Assembly: GCA_947471905.1 (NCBI GenBank)
Contig: CANIZT010000015.1
Coordinates: 1 to 24,000 of the forward strand
DNA from: Verrucomicrobiaceae bacterium
GTDB lineage: Bacteria; Verrucomicrobiota; Verrucomicrobiia; Verrucomicrobiales; Verrucomicrobiaceae
Reading direction: 5' to 3'
DNA: 24,000 nt
A program made the translations under genes and the position numbers. The notes below the pieces were generated by a model. The model saw only the letters and a list, made by a program, of their open reading frames with translations. It had not been told where the DNA came from and searched no databases. This document shows, in pieces, positions 1 through 5,948 of the stretch. Numbering within the stretch: the stretch's first letter is position 1; every line of letters begins with the position of its first letter.

Positions 1-102
1 CACTCCGAAAGCACTCATGAAGAGGCCGAGTACAATCGAAGACTCCCTGTTTTGTCTTCGACGAGTCAGAGGCACTGTTCTCATGGAAGGATTTGCGAGG
101 GC

Positions 103-1266
103 TCAATACACATCCCGGCGATACCGCTTCGCTTCCTTCATCGCGTGAACGTAGGCGGCGGCTTCTTCGGGCGTTTTGCCGCCTTCCTTCTCAATGATGG
201 TGTGCAGCGCCTTGTCCACGTCGTTGGCCATGCGGGAGGCGTCGCCGCAGACGTAGAAGATCGCGCCCTGTTCGAGCCAGGCCCAGAACTCAGCACTGTG
301 TTCGAGCATCTTGTGCTGCACGTAGATCTTCTCGGCCTGATCACGGCTCCAAGCGGTGCTGAGCTTGGTCAGCGTGCCGTCGGCGAGATAGGCGTCGAAT
401 TCGTCCTTGTAGAAGAAGCAGGATTTGGAGCTGACTTCACCGAAGAAGAGCCAGGCTTTGCCCTGGGCGTTGGTCGCTTTGCGCTCCTCCAGGAATGCAC
501 GAAACGGCGCGATGCCGGTGCCAGGACCACACATGATGATGGGCGTTACATCCTGCGGCTCGGGCAGGCGGAAGCCTTTGCCGTGATTCACGAAGCACGG
601 AATTAGCGTCTCGTTGGGTGTGACGCGTTCGGCGAGGAACGATGAACACACGCCAGCCCGAGCACGGCCGTGGCTGGTGTAGCGCACGGTGGCGACGGTG
701 AGATGCACTTCCGTCGGATGTGCCTTCTGGCTGCTGCTGATGGAGTAGAGCCGGATATTGAGCTTCTTCTGCGTGGCGATGAACTCCTCGGGCGTGAACT
801 TCGCGGTCGGATTCTCAAGCAGCAGGTCGATCACGAAGCGGACCCAGAGGTAGTTCTTGAGGTCTTCCTTCTTCTCAGGCTGCGAAAGCTCCGTGAGTGG
901 CGTGTTGCCGCCGGTCTTCTCGACGATGGCCTTGATGAGCTTGTTGTCGATCTCGGTGATGAGCGCGCCTTCGATCAAGGCCTGGCGAATCGGCACTTCG
1001 GCGGCGGTCTTGGGATGCTTCACGATCTCGGTGCCGGAGAAACCGAGCGCGGCGAGCGTGTCATCGACGAGTGCGGGATCATTCGTGGGCTGCACGGCGA
1101 GTGAGTCGCCCGGCGTGTATTCGAGTCCGCTGCCAGCGAGATCGATCTCGTAATGTGCGGTGTGCTTGGGCGCGTCCGGGCCGGAAAGGTTGAACATGCG
1201 CTTCACTTTCGCGATGCAGGGGTTCTTGACGTTGTAAACGGGCTTTCCGGCTTCTGGGGTGCTCAT
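103..1266 (-). CDS. CysJ-like FAD/NADPH-binding oxidoreductase (sulfite reductase flavoprotein alpha-type, ferredoxin-NADP reductase fold) without an FMN/flavodoxin domain
   Basis: ORF 103..1320(-). Motifs: RLYSISSS (FAD RxYS), GVCSSFL, MCGPGTGIAPFRAFLEER (NADPH GxGxxP), FYVCGDASRMANDV, and a C-terminal RYRRDVY as in CysJ/CPR family. The track start at 1320 is a TTG inside a TTGACA hexamer. The first ATG (MSTPEAGKPVY) at 1266 is preferred. Confidence 0.8.
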   Translation of the reverse strand: MSTPEAGKPVYNVKNPCIAKVKRMFNLSGPDAPKHTAHYEIDLAGSGLEYTPGDSLAVQPTNDPALVDDTLAALGFSGTEIVKHPKTAAEVPIRQALIEGALITEIDNKLIKAIVEKTGGNTPLTELSQPEKKEDLKNYLWVRFVIDLLLENPTAKFTPEEFIATQKKLNIRLYSISSSQKAHPTEVHLTVATVRYTSHGRARAGVCSSFLAERVTPNETLIPCFVNHGKGFRLPEPQDVTPIIMCGPGTGIAPFRAFLEERKATNAQGKAWLFFGEVSSKSCFFYKDEFDAYLADGTLTKLSTAWSRDQAEKIYVQHKMLEHSAEFWAWLEQGAIFYVCGDASRMANDVDKALHTIIEKEGGKTPEEAAAYVHAMKEAKRYRRDVY

Positions 1267-1291
1267 GGTGGTTGGTGGGCGAAATCGCGCG

Positions 1292-1320
1292 AGACTAGGG
1301 AAGTCAGTCAGAATTGTCAA
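1292..1320 (-). promoter_or_regulatory. Candidate sigma70-type promoter TTGACA-N17-TAGTCT for the CysJ-like gene
   Basis: Minus strand reads TTGACA (1320..1315), a 17-nt spacer, then TAGTCT (1297..1292), about 25 nt upstream of the ATG at 1266. Pattern match only. Confidence 0.35.
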
Positions 1321-1332
1321 ACCTGCCCTCTG

Positions 1333-2760
1333 CTACGCAGCGAGAATCAACATCGCCTTGGCACCCGCTCCACTTTCAAGATTTGTGAGTTCGACACTGC
1401 CTTCGTGCAATTGAGCGACTTCTTTGACGAAGCAGAGGCCGAGTCCGGTGCTCTTTTTGCCGGTGTCAGGCCGTGGCAGCGAGTAGAAACGCTCGAACAC
1501 ACGCTCACGAGCGTAATCCGGAATGCCGGGGCCGCGATCTTCGATCTCGATCACGACCTTGGCGTCGAAGCGATAGCCTCGGGCGATGATGGCGCTGCCG
1601 TGGGGCGCGAAGTCGATGGCGTTTTGAATGAGATTGCTCAGCGCCAGCTCGATGAGCCACGGATCGCCTTGGATCATGAGTTTGTCTTCCACTTCACGCT
1701 GCAACGAGACGTCCCGTGCTGCGGCGATGAGCGCGTGATGATCCCAGGCGCGGTCGAGCATCTCGCGAAGGTTCACTGGCCCGCGAACGACGAGCGCCTT
1801 CTGCTTTTCGAGCGCGGCAAGTTGCAGGAGGCGTTCGAGCAAGTCGCGCAGTCGCCCAGCCTCGGTGCGGATGTTTTGCAGGAAACGAGCACGTTTGGGC
1901 TCTGGCACATCGCCTTGGAGAATCTCGCTCGCACCGAGAATGGCGGCCACTGGGCTCTTCAACTCGTGCGTGAGGCTCTGGACGTAATTCTCGACGTATT
2001 CGCGGCCTTCGAGCGCGTCGCGCATGTCTTCGAGGGCCTTCGCAAGCGTCTTCATCTGATGCCCCGGCATGTGCGGCGATGTGGATCGCTCACCACGGCT
2101 CACGGCGAGTGCATGCTGCGTCAGCACCTCCAGCGGTCGTGTGGCCCAGCGTGCGGCGAAGTAAATGCCGAGCAGCATCAGCAACACCGTGGTGACGATG
2201 GACCACTTCAGCCAGCGCTCCGTCTCCCACACAAAAGCCAGCACACCGCGTATGGGCTTGGCGACGCTGATCATGCCGATGGTTTGGCCGTTTTGGCGGA
2301 TTGGCGCACCGACATACATCACGACAGAAAGCGGGTCGTATGCGCTCGTGCGTGAGGAGCGTGCGCCGTACTCTCCCATCAGCGTGAGGTTCACATCGCG
2401 ATGATTGGAGATCGCTCCAGGCTTCTCGATGCCCGCAGAGTCAAACAGCACGCGCCCGTGCGCGTCGGTGACATAGACCTGCATGTCCACCTGCTCCTTG
2501 GTGCGGTTGTAGATCTGCGCATTGAGCTGGCGCTGCTGCGCGGCGTAAATGGCCTTTTCCACGGCTGGGGTTTGCAGGACACCGTCTTTCGCATCTGCCG
2601 CGAGGATTTCGGCCAGGATGTTCGCCACATCGACCATCGGCTCCTCCACCGCCTCAAAGTACTGCCGCTCGACGCGGTGGATGAGCTGCGAAAACTGTAC
2701 GCTCAGGCCGGGAATGGCGACGAGGGCGAAACCGACGAGGAAGCGCGAAGTGAGGCTCAT
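1333..2760 (-). CDS. creC: Sensor histidine kinase CreC
   Basis: 475 aa with an N-terminal TM, a periplasmic domain and a second TM. H-box is LTHELKSPVAAILGASEIL. HATPase motifs are NLIQNAIDF, DRGPGIP and ERFYSLPRP..GKKSTGLGL. From memory, blocks match E. coli CreC: VYVTDAHGRVLFDSA vs VYMTDAQGKVLFDSA; LTLMGEYGARS vs LTLRGQYGARS; VMYVGAPI vs VMYVAAPI; LEGREYVENYVQSLTHELKSP vs LEGKNYIEQYVYALTHELKSP. Confidence 0.9.
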   Translation of the reverse strand: MSLTSRFLVGFALVAIPGLSVQFSQLIHRVERQYFEAVEEPMVDVANILAEILAADAKDGVLQTPAVEKAIYAAQQRQLNAQIYNRTKEQVDMQVYVTDAHGRVLFDSAGIEKPGAISNHRDVNLTLMGEYGARSSRTSAYDPLSVVMYVGAPIRQNGQTIGMISVAKPIRGVLAFVWETERWLKWSIVTTVLLMLLGIYFAARWATRPLEVLTQHALAVSRGERSTSPHMPGHQMKTLAKALEDMRDALEGREYVENYVQSLTHELKSPVAAILGASEILQGDVPEPKRARFLQNIRTEAGRLRDLLERLLQLAALEKQKALVVRGPVNLREMLDRAWDHHALIAAARDVSLQREVEDKLMIQGDPWLIELALSNLIQNAIDFAPHGSAIIARGYRFDAKVVIEIEDRGPGIPDYARERVFERFYSLPRPDTGKKSTGLGLCFVKEVAQLHEGSVELTNLESGAGAKAMLILAA

Positions 2761-3455
2761 GGTTCGGGCCAGGTTTCGAGCAAGGAGTAGCCCATGCCGC
2801 GGTGGGTGACGATGGGATCAATGCCCGAGCGCACACCACGCATACGGGCGCGGAGCGTTTTGATGTGCGTGTCCACGGTGCGCTCCATGGAGGCGTCTGG
2901 CTCCTCGGAGGCGTGATCCATGAGCTGCTCACGGCTGAAGACGCGGCCTGGATGCGCGGAGAAGGCCTTCAGCATGCGGAATTCGTAGCGCGAGAGGTTC
3001 AAGGCGGTGCCGAAGTAGATGGCCTGGCAACGCACGTCGTCGATGACGAGTGGAATCGAGGCATCGTGGCCGTTTGTCGGCAGCGGCGTGGCGGAAACGC
3101 GGCGTAGGATGGCACGCACGCGGGCGACGAGTTCGCGTGGGCTGAAGGGCTTTACCACGTAGTCGTCTCCGCCGATCTCCAGGCCCACCACACGATCCAC
3201 TTCGCTGGAGCGTGCGGTGAGGAAGAGAATCGGCAGCGACTGCGTCTTGCGGATCGCTTTGCACACCTCAAAGCCGGTCATGTCTGGCAAGCCGACGTCG
3301 AGGATGATGAGGTCGAAGGTTTGCGACTTCATCTGCTCCAGCGCATCGCGACCGGTGGTGGCGGTCGCGACGGCGAATCCGTCTGCTTCGAGAGCATAGA
3401 CGACGTTTTCGCAGATGGAGGGTTCGTCTTCGACGACGAGGATGCGGGTGGGCAT
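2757..3455 (-). CDS. creB: OmpR/PhoB-family response regulator CreB
   Basis: 232 aa. Receiver domain: ILVVEDEP, DLIILDVGLPDMTGFEVC, LFLTARSSEVDRVVGLEIGGDDYVVKPFSPRELVARV, closely resembling E. coli CreB. C-terminal winged-helix: LSRYEFRMLKAF..VDTHIKTLR..I.THRGMGY. Its stop overlaps the creC start by 4 bp (ATGA at 2757-2760). Confidence 0.9.
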   Translation of the reverse strand: MPTRILVVEDEPSICENVVYALEADGFAVATATTGRDALEQMKSQTFDLIILDVGLPDMTGFEVCKAIRKTQSLPILFLTARSSEVDRVVGLEIGGDDYVVKPFSPRELVARVRAILRRVSATPLPTNGHDASIPLVIDDVRCQAIYFGTALNLSRYEFRMLKAFSAHPGRVFSREQLMDHASEEPDASMERTVDTHIKTLRARMRGVRSGIDPIVTHRGMGYSLLETWPEP

Positions 3456-3494
3456 GACGAGTGGGTGTGATTTAACGGTCCGGGGGTGAAGACA

Positions 3495-4679
3495 TCAAGC
3501 AAGTCTTGGCGAAACAGCGCCGAGCTTCTGACTCCAGTCCACCTTGGCGGTGAGAGCCATCAGCACACCGAGCGTAACGATGCCGCCGAGGGTGAGTGTG
3601 AGGCCGGTGAGACCTTTGAAGAAGAAGCTGTAGCTGAAGAGCACCATGTAGGCCGTCTGCGCGACGACGGAGACGCGGAAGAGGAAGGTGCCCGCCGCGG
3701 CACGCAGGTAACCGCAGACGAGCAGCAAGGAGCAGGCGGCGGCGATGACGAAGCTCAGATGCACAGGCACGACATCGAGCATGTAGGAGAAGAGCAGCGG
3801 GAAGGCGAAGAAACCGGCGGCGAGGAAGACGTAGTTCACGGGATGCAGTGAAACCCCACGTGTGAGGGCGGTGATGATGATCACGGCGAAGAACAGCAAG
3901 AGCGAGAGCGGCGCGTAGAATGAGATCTGTGCTGCGACGGGGCCGGCATTGAGTTCGCGGGGCATTTCCATACCGATGCCGGGTGCGGAGATGGCGTCTT
4001 CGTATTTCCAGACGAGCTGCATGCCATGGTCAGTAGCTTCGCGGCTGGTGGGAGAGCTGATGGGGAAATTCACGTCGGTGAAGTCGGTATTCATGGTCAG
4101 CGTGAAATCGCGGATGCGGCTGGCATCGGCAAAGGCGTAGCGCCAGAGATCCATGCCACGGCATTCGTAACTGACGGTGATGGGCATGCTTTCACCGGGG
4201 GTGAGCTGGACGCGGTCGGTGATGACGCCGGCCTCAGGTGCAGCGATGGAGTCGCGTGCTTTATCTCCCGTGCCGAGTGTGAATTTGATCTTGTCGAGCA
4301 AGGCTTCGGAGCTGGGCAACTCGAAGTCGATGTCGAAGCTCTGAGTGATGGCGGTGTTGTTGGTGAAGGTGTACCCGCCTTCAAACGTGACGCCATAGGT
4401 GCGGTGCCAGAGCAGTCCCATCTTCACGGGCTGGTAGGCGAGCCGGACCTTCACGGCGCTCTGCGCGGGCTGGAGCGTGACCTTGCTGCCGCTGGAGGAG
4501 GTGTAGCGTGCCACGGGATGTTTTTGGATCAACGGAGGCCCCCAGCGCCCGCTGACGCTGTCGCCCGTTTGGTAGGAGACGTGGTTCGTGCGCTGGGTGA
4601 TAACGCCGCCGAGCAACCACCAGGCGATGGTGGTGCAGACGAAGATGGCGGCGATGGCGATGAGGTGGGTGAGTTTCAT
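3495..4679 (-). CDS. creD: CreD-family inner-membrane protein (cell-envelope integrity protein-like)
   Basis: ORF 3495..4895(-). The start is refined to ATG 4679 (MKLTHLIAIAAIFVCTTIAWWLL, an N-terminal TM). The longer track version would run through the upstream gene's stop-proximal repeat spacer. Architecture matches CreD: one N-terminal TM, a periplasmic region of ~290 aa, then five C-terminal TMs. The first C-terminal TM region carries SLHPVNYVFLAAG, resembling E. coli CreD RLHPMQYLLVGLS. Family call is from memory, not an HMM. Confidence 0.62.
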   Translation of the reverse strand: MKLTHLIAIAAIFVCTTIAWWLLGGVITQRTNHVSYQTGDSVSGRWGPPLIQKHPVARYTSSSGSKVTLQPAQSAVKVRLAYQPVKMGLLWHRTYGVTFEGGYTFTNNTAITQSFDIDFELPSSEALLDKIKFTLGTGDKARDSIAAPEAGVITDRVQLTPGESMPITVSYECRGMDLWRYAFADASRIRDFTLTMNTDFTDVNFPISSPTSREATDHGMQLVWKYEDAISAPGIGMEMPRELNAGPVAAQISFYAPLSLLLFFAVIIITALTRGVSLHPVNYVFLAAGFFAFPLLFSYMLDVVPVHLSFVIAAACSLLLVCGYLRAAAGTFLFRVSVVAQTAYMVLFSYSFFFKGLTGLTLTLGGIVTLGVLMALTAKVDWSQKLGAVSPRLA

Positions 4680-4681
4680 GT

Positions 4682-4716
4682 TTGGTTCCTGGTTCGTTGT
4701 TCTTGGTTCTTGGTTC
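4682..4716 (-). repeat. Five tandem heptamers GAACCAA/GAACCAA/GAACAAC/GAACCAG/GAACCAA filling the intercistronic spacer
   Basis: Minus strand reads TAA GAACCAA GAACCAA GAACAAC GAACCAG GAACCAA AC ATG. TAA is the stop of the 4717..5883 gene and ATG is the start of the CreD-like gene. GGTTC recurs on the plus strand at 4684, 4691, (4698 degenerate), 4705 and 4712. Confidence 0.85.
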
Positions 4717-5883
4717 TTAGTTGGTGGTGCGTTTGCGGTAGGTGATGCGGGCCTGGGGTTGTTGATCGCGGCAGAGGGATTTGCGGAGGTGGAGACCGGG
4801 CTCGGTGGGTTTGTCGGCGATGGGATCGACGTTGCCAGTGAAGCTGAGGTCGTAGCCCGTAGGCAGTTGCACGTTCCAGTCGATCTGCTTCGCAAAGAGC
4901 GGCGTTTGCGGCAGGGCTAGATCGAGTTCGCCTTCGGCGGTCTGCAAAGCGGTGAGAGTGGCGGTGAAGGAGAGTTTCACCTCGGACTCGGCTCCGTCGG
5001 TGGTGGGATCATTGAGCGGAATCTCGAGGCGATTGGCCTCACCTAGCGTGGGGCGCACAGGATCGGCGTTGACGTGGCATTGGAGCAGTTTGGCGGTTTC
5101 GGGGAGCTGGAGGACAAGCTTTACGGGATGATCGTGACGCAACGTGATCGTGCCTTCGGTGAGCACCGAGCCGTCGCGAACGACTTGCGTGGCGTAAGTG
5201 GCCGTGGAGATGATCGCGTCGTCGGTGGAGCCTGCGAGAGGGGATTGAGAGGCTTTGCGGGCGTCTTCGAGCGTGAGAGTGACTTCACCGCCAGCGGCAG
5301 GCAGTGCGATGAGGCCTGCGGTGGCGAGTGTTTGAGTCGTGGTACCACTTTGGAGGCGCAGCACTTTGCCTTCGGGCAGTTCTTTGACCTCCAACGATGC
5401 CACCGGCGATGGCGCGAGATGCAGCGTGGTCGCTTGGCCTTCTTTGCCGAGCGCGAAGGTGAGTTTGATCGTCTGCGCGCCGGCTTGATCCGTGATGAGG
5501 CAGAGATGATCATCCGTGACGACGATGCGTGCGTCTTTCGGCTCGACGGAGATCGCTCCCGAAGTTGCCCCAGCGAGAGGAATGGCGTGCCAGGAAGCGT
5601 CGAAGCTTTCCACCTGCATTTCAGCCGTCAGGGTACCGGCTTTCGCGTCCAGATGATACGTGGAAGCAAGGAGCGCCGCCGAGACCGGCGGCTTTACCTC
5701 CACAGGCGCTGCTTTCGGCACCGTGGCGGCCACGAGGCGCTTCAGTTCGCCGTAGGTGATGCGCACCTCGCTTTCATCGAGTGTGGCAGAGGTGACGGGG
5801 TGATCGGTTTGAGCCAGCAGTGCGCTGGCTCCCAGCAGGGAGAGGATGAATGGTTTCACGACGAAAAAGTTCGGCAGGCCCAT
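4717..5883 (-). CDS. Secreted protein of unknown function (389 aa, predicted beta-rich); first gene of the Cre-like operon
   Basis: ORF 4717..6000(-). The start is refined to ATG 5883, giving a clean Sec signal peptide MGLPNFFVVKPFILSLLGASALLAQT. The mature part is rich in alternating T/V/L/E strands (TLTAEMQVESF, IKLTFALG, EVTLTLED, VKLVLQLPE, VKLSFTATLTAL). I recognise no family motif. Confidence 0.7.
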   Translation of the reverse strand: MGLPNFFVVKPFILSLLGASALLAQTDHPVTSATLDESEVRITYGELKRLVAATVPKAAPVEVKPPVSAALLASTYHLDAKAGTLTAEMQVESFDASWHAIPLAGATSGAISVEPKDARIVVTDDHLCLITDQAGAQTIKLTFALGKEGQATTLHLAPSPVASLEVKELPEGKVLRLQSGTTTQTLATAGLIALPAAGGEVTLTLEDARKASQSPLAGSTDDAIISTATYATQVVRDGSVLTEGTITLRHDHPVKLVLQLPETAKLLQCHVNADPVRPTLGEANRLEIPLNDPTTDGAESEVKLSFTATLTALQTAEGELDLALPQTPLFAKQIDWNVQLPTGYDLSFTGNVDPIADKPTEPGLHLRKSLCRDQQPQARITYRKRTTN

Positions 5884-5919
5884 GAAACCTTGATGAACCG
5901 GGAATGAAATGATCGTGAA
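5882..5919 (-). promoter_or_regulatory. Array of four TTCAY pentamers at exact 11-bp phasing (cre-tag-like candidate CreB operator)
   Basis: Plus strand has ATGAA at 5882, ATGAA at 5893, ATGAA at 5904 and GTGAA at 5915. Minus strand reads TTCAC-GATCAT-TTCAT-TCCCGG-TTCAT-CAAGGT-TTCAT(G). The last copy overlaps the ATG at 5883. The published E. coli cre tag is TTCACnnnnnnTTCAC. Confidence 0.45.
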
Positions 5920-5948
5920 ATGCGCCGTGCAGACCGCGTTTGTCTGCC

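Noticed and set aside
1-18. Possible start of another minus-strand gene (ATGAGTGCTTTCGGAGTG -> MSAFGV) running off the left edge.
   Set aside because: Only six codons are visible, so it cannot be supported as a feature.
36-61. Hairpin (T)CGAAGAC-N10-GTCTTCG(A) downstream of the CysJ-like stop, considered as a terminator.
   Set aside because: The stem is only 7-8 bp, the loop is 10 nt, and no T-tract follows on the minus strand (ATTGTACTC). This is too weak to call.
1153-2355. Long antisense ORFs opposite well-supported genes: 1153..2355(+), 4026..4745(+), 5074..5907(+), 6216..7097(-), 14749..15549(-), 15595..16662(-), 17343..18173(+), 19202..19858(+), 22534..23250(-).
   Set aside because: These are typical stop-codon-poor shadow frames of a high-GC genome. 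Their translations are Arg/Ala/Gly/His-rich with no motifs, signal peptides or sensible starts. The opposite strand in each case encodes a protein with clear family motifs.
3495-4895. N-terminal extensions in the ORF track (3495..4895, 4717..6000, 8409..9758, 13828..14418, 13981..16533, 19160..20881, 20848..21609, 21638..22468, 11999..12454).
   Set aside because: In each case an internal ATG yields a canonical signal peptide, lipobox or family N-terminus. The extension overlaps a neighbouring gene, a repeat spacer or a promoter, and several extensions begin at TTG/GTG. Refined starts are reported instead.
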